64,000 bases of DNA from Gemmatimonadota bacterium (lineage in GTDB: Bacteria; Gemmatimonadota; Gemmatimonadetes; Gemmatimonadales; Gemmatimonadaceae), in contig JAYVPN010000107.1 of NCBI GenBank assembly GCA_043757365.1, positions 73 to 64,072 of the forward strand. Direction: 5' to 3'. Below, piece by piece: positions 17,974 through 25,600 of the stretch. The number at the start of each line of letters is the position of its first letter. Position 1 is the stretch's first letter. Below the pieces are notes generated by a model that was not told the DNA's origin, did not search any database, and saw only the letters and a program-made list of their open reading frames with translations. The position numbers and the translations under genes were made by a program.

Positions 17974-19263
17974 ATGACGAGAACTCGGGACGTTTGTATG
18001 GATGTGATCGAAACACTGCTCAGACGCTGGACCGAGGATCCTTCCGGATCGTACCGGACCTGGTTCTTGTGGAACGAACGACTCAAAAACTTTCGTAGCA
18101 TTCGCCGTGGGCTCGCCGTGGTCGTGGAGGAGATTCGCACGGATCGCTTCGGCCGGCAGTATCGCGGATCATCGCTCGAGACGGTCGTTCGCTCGGTCGC
18201 AGAACAGCGTCAACTCTTCAAGGGAGCTGACCACGCCTTCTTGTGGAAGCCGAAACTGCGAATCCCTGATATCTACGAGAATCGGGAGAATCAGATATCG
18301 TTCGCGGACTTTCTTGATGCATGCGCCTGCTGCGATTCCGATACCGAAGTTCTCGCCGCCATTCATCGTATCGATTCGCGCTGCATCAAGGGTCTCGGCC
18401 CCGCCGCGGCGAATCTCCTGTACTTTCTTCATCCGACGATCGCGCCGCCGTTTAACACGGCGATAGCCCGAGGATTCCAACGTCTCACCGGAATTCGCGT
18501 ACCACTCGGCAGTTGGCCGGCGTATCTCGCGTTCCGCGACGGACTGCTGCGACTCAACGAGCAATATCGTCAACATCTATCGAATGATCTGGGCGCGATC
18601 GCCGGTTTCGTGTACGACATCGGAACCGCGCGATACCCAGCTCCGCCGCTCGGATTCCCCGATGCCACGGACGAGGCGATGATACGCTGGCGCAATGCGC
18701 TCGACGTAGCCGTGCTCGAAGCGGGGGCCGCCAGACACTCCGTGTCGGACGCGGAGGAGCTGACGCACACGGGGATGCAAGGCTGGCTGCGTGATCTCGG
18801 ACACGCGCTCGGATTTACCGTCTGGATCGCGAGCAATGATCGCGGTCGTGCCTACGAAGGCGGCCGGCTCGGAGACGGATGCCTCTCGGAACTTCCGCCG
18901 CCTTACTGCGACGGCCCGGGTGCCGACGCCATTCATCTCATCGACGTGCTGTGGCTCGATCAAGGCAACACGACCGTCGCCGCATTTGAGATTGAGCACA
19001 CCACATCTATTTACAGCGGCATCGTCCGATTGCTCGACCTGGCCCTCGGTGCCGGCGCAGGAATGGCGCACGGTCTTTTTCTTGTCGCCCCCGACTCGCG
19101 GGAAAGTGAGGTTCGGGCTCAACTGGCCCGCCCTGCATTTCAGCGCATCGGCGACCTTCACGTTCGGTTCCTGCCATACAGCGCGCTGGCCGAACACCGA
19201 CTGTCGATGGCGCGGTTCGGTAGCGGGCTCAAGGCCATCGAGGCCGTGTCTCGACAGCTCTGA
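17974..19263 (+). CDS. hypothetical protein with HhH-like N-terminal half and PD-(D/E)xK nuclease-like C-terminal half
   Basis: IKGLGPAAANLLYFLHP is a helix-hairpin-helix-like motif. C-terminal IDVLWLD...AAFEIEHTTSIYSGIVRLLDL has a restriction-endonuclease-like core pattern. Alternative start at 17998. Confidence 0.55.
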   Translation: MTRTRDVCMDVIETLLRRWTEDPSGSYRTWFLWNERLKNFRSIRRGLAVVVEEIRTDRFGRQYRGSSLETVVRSVAEQRQLFKGADHAFLWKPKLRIPDIYENRENQISFADFLDACACCDSDTEVLAAIHRIDSRCIKGLGPAAANLLYFLHPTIAPPFNTAIARGFQRLTGIRVPLGSWPAYLAFRDGLLRLNEQYRQHLSNDLGAIAGFVYDIGTARYPAPPLGFPDATDEAMIRWRNALDVAVLEAGAARHSVSDAEELTHTGMQGWLRDLGHALGFTVWIASNDRGRAYEGGRLGDGCLSELPPPYCDGPGADAIHLIDVLWLDQGNTTVAAFEIEHTTSIYSGIVRLLDLALGAGAGMAHGLFLVAPDSRESEVRAQLARPAFQRIGDLHVRFLPYSALAEHRLSMARFGSGLKAIEAVSRQL

Positions 19264-19373
19264 CCGCTCGTCGCAGGCCGGACGTGAATCAGTCGCGCCT
19301 GCAGGATGTTGACGATTGCGAAGCGATCTGTTTGTATTTGAACATGCCTTTTACCTACCGTAAAACAGAATCG

Positions 19374-20750
19374 ATGAGCACTATGAGCGGCGTGTGCTCG
19401 CCGCCACTCGGCGTGCGCCGACGCGCTGGGATCGGTGTGGCGCTGCTCACGCTCGGGGCCTGCACGCCGCCGGTCGTCCATTCAGGGTCGTCGGGCGTTG
19501 CGTCGCTTGTCGCCAGCCGTACGGGTTGGAGACCGGAGTGGAATGACGACTCTCTGGCGCTTCGTTTACGAATACCGGCAGGATCACTTGAACCGGATTC
19601 GGCCGCTCGCCTGGCGGTGCTGCGTAGCCCGCGCGTCCGCGTCACACTCGCCGACGTCGGCATTGCCGCCGCTGATCTTTGGCAAGCGAGCCTGCTGCCG
19701 AATCCGCTTGCGAGCTACTCCTACGGTTTTCCGCCGAGCGGCAGTCCGTTCGTTTCGGCGGGCCTCGGTTTCGCGATCGTCGACGCGCTGAAAATACCGA
19801 TGCGGAAGCGCGTCGCCGAGGCTGCCTATGCGGCGACCGAACAGCGTGTCGCGGACGCAGTGATCGGGACCACGCTCGACGCGCAGCGCGCGTATACGCT
19901 CGTGCAGCACGCGCAACAGATGCTCGAACTGCGGATGAACATTGCCTCGGCGACGTCCGCCGCAGCACTCGCCGCGCAGGGATTGCGCGAGGCCGGCAAC
20001 GTTCCGGCGTTGTTGCTGGCGGGCGAGCGATCGATGGCCGCCCAGAGCGAACTCGATGTGGCGCAGTCGGAGGGGGATCTCGCGACGGCACGGGCCGATC
20101 TCGGGCGACTTCTCGGTGCCGGCGTCGCGGACACCGCGTGGACCATTCCCGACCTGCTGCGCACGGTTCCGAAGCAGGCCTTTGTGCTCGCGACTCTAGA
20201 TTCGCTCGCCCTCACGCGACGCCTCGACGTCGCCGCTGCGCGCGAGTCAGTTCGCTCGTCAGCCGCCGTCCTCGGCCTCACGACACAGTTTCGCTTGCTG
20301 GACGACGGGACGATTGGTGTATTGAGCGAGCGCGAGCCGGACGGTCATTCCATCGGTCCCTCGTTGAGTGTGCCCATTCCATTGTTTGATCGACGCCAGG
20401 CAGCGCGGGCGCGCGCGCAGGCGATGTTGCGCCAGCGCATCGCCATGCACGATGCGATCGTCGTTGATGTGCACGCCGATGTCCGCGCGCGGTTGGCGCA
20501 GTTGCGTGCCGCCGCAGAACGCGCCACACGGCTGCGTATGTCCGTACTTCCGTTGCGACAACTGGTGGTCGCAGAAACGCAGAAACATGTCAACGCGCTG
20601 GACGTCAGCGTCTTCGCTTTGTTGCAAGCAAAGCAGGCCGAGATTGAGGCAGGAAAGAGTTACGTGGATGCGCTCCGTGACTACTGGGTCGCGCGCATCG
20701 AACTTGAACGAGCTACCGGTGGGCGACTCCCGATGCAGGTACTCCCATGA
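19374..20750 (+). CDS. TolC-family outer membrane factor lipoprotein
   Basis: Lipobox LTLGAC. OEP repeat-like sequence. Its stop overlaps the multicopper oxidase start (ATGA). Confidence 0.75.
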   Translation: MSTMSGVCSPPLGVRRRAGIGVALLTLGACTPPVVHSGSSGVASLVASRTGWRPEWNDDSLALRLRIPAGSLEPDSAARLAVLRSPRVRVTLADVGIAAADLWQASLLPNPLASYSYGFPPSGSPFVSAGLGFAIVDALKIPMRKRVAEAAYAATEQRVADAVIGTTLDAQRAYTLVQHAQQMLELRMNIASATSAAALAAQGLREAGNVPALLLAGERSMAAQSELDVAQSEGDLATARADLGRLLGAGVADTAWTIPDLLRTVPKQAFVLATLDSLALTRRLDVAAARESVRSSAAVLGLTTQFRLLDDGTIGVLSEREPDGHSIGPSLSVPIPLFDRRQAARARAQAMLRQRIAMHDAIVVDVHADVRARLAQLRAAAERATRLRMSVLPLRQLVVAETQKHVNALDVSVFALLQAKQAEIEAGKSYVDALRDYWVARIELERATGGRLPMQVLP

Positions 20751-22105
20751 CCGAGGAAGAGTTGAAAGGCAACGGATCTGTTTCCGGCGAACGGCTCACG
20801 CGGCGCGACATGATGCGCAACAGCGCCGCGGCACTCGCCGCGGGTGCTCTTGGTGTGCGAACCGTACCGCCCTTCCGCGTCGAATCTTCGGCCGATGCCC
20901 CGACGATGGCTATGGACTCAGCGAAGCCGCCCGGCCGTCCGAACATTGACTACACACCTGTCGTAGTGCCGAACGGGGCGACGCTGCCGTTTCGCGTGGT
21001 GGATGGGGTGAAGGTGTTTCATCTGACGGCGGCGCCACTGCTGCACGAGTTCGCACCAGGGCTGCGTGCGGAGTGTTGGGGCTACAATGGTCGCACTCCG
21101 GGGCCTGTCATCGAGGCCGTCGAGGGCGATCGCGTGCGCATCTACGTCACGAACGCACTGCCCGAGCCGACGAGCGTACACTGGCACGGGATCATTCTGC
21201 CGGCAGGAATGGATGGCGTGTCCGGACTCAGTCAGGCACCGATCGGCGTTGGTGAGACGTTCAAATACGAGTTCACGCTTCGACAACACGGGACTTTTAT
21301 GTATCACTCGCATTATGACGAGATGATACAATTGGGACTCGGCCTCACCGGTGTGTTCGTGGTGCACCCGCGCGCGACGAAGCGTACCGTCGATCGCGAC
21401 TTCGTGCTGCTCTCGCACGAGTGGAAGGTGCCGATCGGCGCGCGCCGGCCCGATCCGAACGAGATGACCGACTTCAATATTTTCACCTTCAATGGCAAAG
21501 TATTCCCGGCAACGGAGCCGCTGCAGATGCAACTGGGTCACCGCGTGCGGATCCGGCTCGCAAACCTCAGTCCGATGAGTCATCATCCGATTCATGTGCA
21601 CGGACTAAGATGGCGCGTCGTCGCGACGGACGGTGGCGATATCCCCGAAGCGGGACAATGGCCGGAGAGCACCGTGCTCGTGCCCGTCGGCTCCACGCGA
21701 ACGGTCGAGTTTGTTGCCGATAATCCGGGCGACTGGGCGGTGCACTGCCACATGACGCACCACACCATGAACCAGATGGGGCACAACGGCGTGAATCTCA
21801 TCGGTGCGAAACTCGACGCGGCCGATGCCGCGGCACAGCCGCTATTACCGAACTACATGACGATGGGCACGTCGGGGATGGGCGAAATGTCGGAGATGGG
21901 AGATATGAATCTTCCCGAGAACGCCATCTCGATGCTTGGTGGTGCCGGCCCGCATGCCTTCATCGACATGGGAGGAATGTTCACGATTCTGAAGATTCGC
22001 GAACAGCTACCGCCGGGTGGCGATCCGGACTGGTACAAGAATCCGCCGGGTTCGGTGGCCATCGCCGCCACAGAAGATGAATTGCGCCGCGACGGCATCC
22101 GATAA
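20747..22105 (+). CDS. Tat-exported multicopper oxidase (CopA/PcoA-type copper resistance oxidase)
   Basis: Twin-arginine motif LTRRDMMRNSAAALAAG. Copper motifs HWHGIILP, HSHYDE, HPIHVHG and HCHMTHH. Met-rich segment MTMGTSGMGEMSEMGDM. Confidence 0.85.
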   Translation: MTEEELKGNGSVSGERLTRRDMMRNSAAALAAGALGVRTVPPFRVESSADAPTMAMDSAKPPGRPNIDYTPVVVPNGATLPFRVVDGVKVFHLTAAPLLHEFAPGLRAECWGYNGRTPGPVIEAVEGDRVRIYVTNALPEPTSVHWHGIILPAGMDGVSGLSQAPIGVGETFKYEFTLRQHGTFMYHSHYDEMIQLGLGLTGVFVVHPRATKRTVDRDFVLLSHEWKVPIGARRPDPNEMTDFNIFTFNGKVFPATEPLQMQLGHRVRIRLANLSPMSHHPIHVHGLRWRVVATDGGDIPEAGQWPESTVLVPVGSTRTVEFVADNPGDWAVHCHMTHHTMNQMGHNGVNLIGAKLDAADAAAQPLLPNYMTMGTSGMGEMSEMGDMNLPENAISMLGGAGPHAFIDMGGMFTILKIREQLPPGGDPDWYKNPPGSVAIAATEDELRRDGIR

Positions 22106-22124
22106 GTCATTCCCGAGGTTGCAC

Positions 22125-22946
22125 ATGCACATCACGCTGCACGCACCGTCCACGACCAAGGGCACGCTGGCGGTGGCCGGCGTGCTCGGCATCGTGCTCG
22201 GCCTCTTCGTGCTGCACCCGCTCACGATGGCAATCTACTGGTTCGAGTTCCATCCCGAGATCACGGGCATCTCCACCGTGTGGTACTTCGTCGCGCATCG
22301 GATGCAGCTCGGATTCACCGTACCCATGCTGCCGATGACGAGCGTGTTCGCGGTGATCGGCGCGGCGAACGGTCTCGCCTTCGGCGCCGTCACGGCTGTC
22401 GTCGCTAGGCGGCAACGAACGCTCAACCGGCTCGAGCGTGAACTGGGGCGCGACATCCACGCCCTCCTCGTGGCTGGCGAAAGCGAGACGGTGGAGTTTA
22501 AGGCGTCGCTCCGCATTGATCTGCGCGATAATCGCATCAATCATGCCGTGAAGCGCGCCACCGTGAAAACGATCGCCGGATTTCTCAACCATCGTGGGGG
22601 AAGCCTCCTGCTCGGGGTTGACGATGCTGGGCAAGTCGTGGGTATCGAGAAAGATTACGCGACCTTTTACCACAAGAATCGTGATGGGTTCGAGTTGTGC
22701 CTCATGGGGTTCGTCGAGGACTCGATTGGCGCCGACTTCTGTTCGCTCGTGCACGTTGTCTTCCAGACCGTCGATGGGATGGATGTGTGCCGAGTAGTCA
22801 TCGAAGCGTCGTCGCGCCCAGCGTACGTGCGCGATTCCGACGAGACGCAGTTTTTCGTGCGAACAGGTAACGCCACCATGGCACTCGACGTGGACGAGGC
22901 GATCGAACACATCGCGCGGCAAACGCGCAAGCGAAGTGGTGCGTGA
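22125..22946 (+). CDS. membrane-anchored AlbA_2 (Schlafen-like, divergent AAA-4) domain protein
   Basis: About 3 N-terminal TM helices, then ESETVEFKASL...TIAGFLNHRGGSLLLGVDDAGQVVGIEKDY, the AlbA_2 putative DNA-binding signature. Confidence 0.6.
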   Translation: MHITLHAPSTTKGTLAVAGVLGIVLGLFVLHPLTMAIYWFEFHPEITGISTVWYFVAHRMQLGFTVPMLPMTSVFAVIGAANGLAFGAVTAVVARRQRTLNRLERELGRDIHALLVAGESETVEFKASLRIDLRDNRINHAVKRATVKTIAGFLNHRGGSLLLGVDDAGQVVGIEKDYATFYHKNRDGFELCLMGFVEDSIGADFCSLVHVVFQTVDGMDVCRVVIEASSRPAYVRDSDETQFFVRTGNATMALDVDEAIEHIARQTRKRSGA

Positions 22947-22958
22947 GCGCTACGAGGC

Positions 22959-23021
22959 GAGGTAGGCGACGGCGTCGCCGTGATCGAAAGGCGGACGCCG
23001 ATTCAGGTTTTCCCTGACTGT
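22959..23021 (+). repeat. 63-nt conserved leader element, copy A
   Basis: 60 of 63 nt identical (hand count) to 23891..23953. Contains CGGCGTC...GACGCCG and TCAGG-TTTTC-CCTGA hairpins. Confidence 0.8.
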
Positions 23022-23095
23022 GGAGAATGGACGAACGAGTAGACTGCCGTACAGGTAGACAGCGATAGATGAACTGAAATAGTCCTCTCATCTTC

Positions 23096-23143
23096 GGAGT
23101 TGCCATGACACGCCGGCCTCTCGTACTCGGACGCACCACCTGA
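23096..23143 (+). pseudogene. truncated duplicate of the RBS and first 9 codons of the 24036 lipoprotein gene
   Basis: GGAGTTGCCATGACACGCCGGCCTCTCGTACTCGGAC matches 24027..24063 at 36 of 37 nt. The reading frame stops after 12 codons (MTRRPLVLGRTT*). Confidence 0.6.
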
Positions 23144-23212
23144 AGTTTCAACTAGACTCAGGGCAGACCCGCGGTACGAGGGCTGCACCTGTCATCGTAT
23201 CCGGAGAAAGAG

Positions 23213-23848
23213 ATGAACAGACGAATCGCCGTTTCGGTCGCGACGCTTGCCCTGGCTCTCGGACAAACTGCCTGTATGGGAGGCATGGTCGGCGGCGGCA
23301 TGATGGGCGGCGGGATGTCGCATGGTGGCTCGAGCACCGGGCCGGACGCAAACGCGGGCAGCGGTTACCTAGCCCAAGAGTCCACCGTCGGGAACATCAA
23401 GGTTGTAGTCTCCTACCCTGCGACAGCGGTTGGCACTGAACTCACGTACGGTGTCAACCTCACGAATGTCTCGTCAGGGCGCCCAGTGTCCGACGCACAC
23501 GTCCGCGCGCAAGTCCGGATGGCCTCTGCGCCGCAGTCCGGTGGTCGCTCGTCCGAGCATGGCGCGATGAGCGATGCGCAAATACTGACGCCGGTAGTAC
23601 GGCGCCTCGACGGACCGGGCACGTTCGCCTTCAGTCACCAAATGGACGCTCCGGGCGCGTATGAGATCACGGTGATCGTCGACGCGATTGGAGAAAAACA
23701 GCTGGATCCACCGGTTAAGGTGTTCGCCGTCCGCGCCGTGCCGATGAATCGCACGAGCCACTCGACGGGATTTCGAGCGACCCCGACCCTTCTTGTCACA
23801 GGTGCGGTCATGCTTACCATGATGCTGCTCATGACCCGGCGCTTCTAG
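23213..23848 (+). CDS. Met/Gly-rich lipoprotein with YtkA/FixH-like Ig fold and C-terminal TM helix
   Basis: Lipobox LGQTAC followed by MGGMVGGGMMGGGMSHGG. Beta-rich middle region. C-terminal hydrophobic helix LLVTGAVMLTMMLLM. Confidence 0.7.
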   Translation: MNRRIAVSVATLALALGQTACMGGMVGGGMMGGGMSHGGSSTGPDANAGSGYLAQESTVGNIKVVVSYPATAVGTELTYGVNLTNVSSGRPVSDAHVRAQVRMASAPQSGGRSSEHGAMSDAQILTPVVRRLDGPGTFAFSHQMDAPGAYEITVIVDAIGEKQLDPPVKVFAVRAVPMNRTSHSTGFRATPTLLVTGAVMLTMMLLMTRRF

Positions 23849-23890
23849 CAATCGACACGTCGGGCCCGCGCTCGTCAGCAGGTCAGCGAC

Positions 23891-23953
23891 GAGGTAGGCG
23901 GCGGCGTCGGTGTGATCGAAAGGCGGACGCCGATTCAGGTTTTCCCTGACTGT
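23891..23953 (+). repeat. 63-nt conserved leader element, copy B
   Basis: See copy A. Located 83 nt upstream of the 24036 start. Confidence 0.8.
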
Positions 23954-24035
23954 ATGGAATGAGCGTATCTGTATATTCCTCTATAGCTATATCACGATAT
24001 TAAGCTGAGACTTCACTTCCGCTTCAGGAGTTGTC

Positions 24036-24578
24036 ATGACACGCCGGCCTCTCGTACTCGGACTTCTTGCCGCCTCGTTCGCCCTCGGTGCATGCACCAG
24101 CGGCGCCAACTCCTCGACATCCCCCGCGGCCGACGCTCCGCTGCTTCTCAACATCGCGCCCGCGAACCAGACCGCCGGGGTGAGTCCGGCGGGCGTCGTC
24201 ACGCTCACATTCAACATGGCGATGATGCAGGGCATGGAGATGCTCGTCGTCGTGCACGAGGGATCGGTGACGGGCGCGCAGGTGGCGGGCTCGACAGTGT
24301 GGTCGACGGACCGCCGCATAATGACGTTCACGCCGACCTCAGCCCTGAAAGCCCGGACGACCTACGTGGTGCATCTCTCGCCGTCGCTTCAGGGCTCGAA
24401 TGGCAAGATGATCAACACGACCGGCGGTATGATGACGTCCGGACAGTCGGTGACCGGTGGCATGATGGGCTCCACCGGCAGCATGATGAACGGTCAGTGG
24501 GGACCGGGAATGACCGGTGCCGGATGGCAGGCGGCGACCGGCACCTACGGCATGATGTTCACCTTTACGACGGCGTAG
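24036..24578 (+). CDS. lipoprotein with Ig-like (SbsA/Big_5-like) domain and Met-rich C-terminal region
   Basis: Lipobox ALGAC. Big_5-like segment APANQTAGVSPAGVVTLTFN. C-terminal GGMMTSGQSVTGGMMGSTGSMMNGQWGPGMTG. Confidence 0.7.
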   Translation: MTRRPLVLGLLAASFALGACTSGANSSTSPAADAPLLLNIAPANQTAGVSPAGVVTLTFNMAMMQGMEMLVVVHEGSVTGAQVAGSTVWSTDRRIMTFTPTSALKARTTYVVHLSPSLQGSNGKMINTTGGMMTSGQSVTGGMMGSTGSMMNGQWGPGMTGAGWQAATGTYGMMFTFTTA

Positions 24579-25024
24579 ACGAGGCTCGCGCTCTGATCCA
24601 GCAGCGCGCGCTCGGACGCGCGCGCTGCCCTTGGCATCAGTCAGTACGGCCACATTTTGTATGTAGTGCGCCCATTTCGGTGACTTCTCGGAGCCGCGCT
24701 TATGTCAACACAGCGCGTCCTGCCCGAACTGGTCGAGACCACGTTCGATGGTCGGGACGCTGCCGTGGTATTTGTATGGCCCTCAGGCGGACCGCTCGCC
24801 ATCGCATGACCGGCACGCGACCGGGAGTTTACCCTACACGCGCTGCGGGTCTTTCCGGACGCGATTCCTCGTAAATACCCGATTCTGGAGACGAACGGTT
24901 CGTACGATCTTTCACGCGAAAGGATCGGACGATTCGGTGCAATCCGCCGGAGATGTGTGATCAGAATCAAGCACTCCCACGCAGACCATTGCTCGAATCC
25001 GTCCCGTCTCTTGCCGGTGAATGC

Positions 25025-25597
25025 ATGACACTACCCGACGCGCCGTCCGACGACTCGCCCACCGCATCACTGAGCGCGGTGAGCATTGCGGCCCACGCCA
25101 CTCGTCGCCGATTCCTTCGGATCGCCAGCGTCGTGAGCGCCACCTTCACCGGTCTGCTGGTCGGTGTGCCTGCCGTACGCGCGTTTCTCTCTCCGGCCCT
25201 TAAGCCCCCGTCGAAAAGAAACTGGATCAAAGTTGCACAGGCCGATCAGATCGACATCGGTACGCCGGTAAAAGTCGACTTCACCGAGACGGTGACGGAC
25301 GCGTGGGTCGAGACGCGCGCGTTGCGATCCGTGTGGCTGCGCACGGAAGACGGCGAGACGTTTACCGCGTGGAGCGGTATCTGCACGCATCTGGGTTGCG
25401 CGTTTGGCATCGACGCCGAGCGCAAGGTCTTTCATTGCCCGTGTCATCACGGGCTCTTCGACCTTGAAACGGGCAAAGTCGTCGGCGGCCCTCCCCCTCG
25501 TGCGCTCGACCTCTTACCCGTGCGCGTCGTGGGCGGTGCGGTCCAGATCATTCTCAAACAGTTCCAAGCCGGCGTAACCGAACAGGTCGAGGTCTGA
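25025..25597 (+). CDS. Rieske [2Fe-2S] subunit of a cytochrome bc-type complex
   Basis: Tat-like RRRFLRIASV. Rieske boxes CTHLGCAFG and CPCHHGLF. Confidence 0.85.
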   Translation: MTLPDAPSDDSPTASLSAVSIAAHATRRRFLRIASVVSATFTGLLVGVPAVRAFLSPALKPPSKRNWIKVAQADQIDIGTPVKVDFTETVTDAWVETRALRSVWLRTEDGETFTAWSGICTHLGCAFGIDAERKVFHCPCHHGLFDLETGKVVGGPPPRALDLLPVRVVGGAVQIILKQFQAGVTEQVEV

Positions 25598-25600
25598 TCG

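Noticed and set aside
23982-23991. Perfect 10-bp palindrome TATAGCTATA upstream of the 24036 lipoprotein gene
   Set aside because: It is short and AT-rich inside a probable promoter, and is not conserved in the paralogous leader copy A. It is likely -10-region sequence rather than an operator.
24702-24809. 35-codon ORF (MSTQRVLPELVETTFDGRDAAVVFVWPSGGPLAIA) in the 446-nt gap before the Rieske gene
   Set aside because: It has no Shine-Dalgarno sequence and no recognisable motif. It could be a gene fragment, but I cannot support it. The long gap itself remains unexplained.
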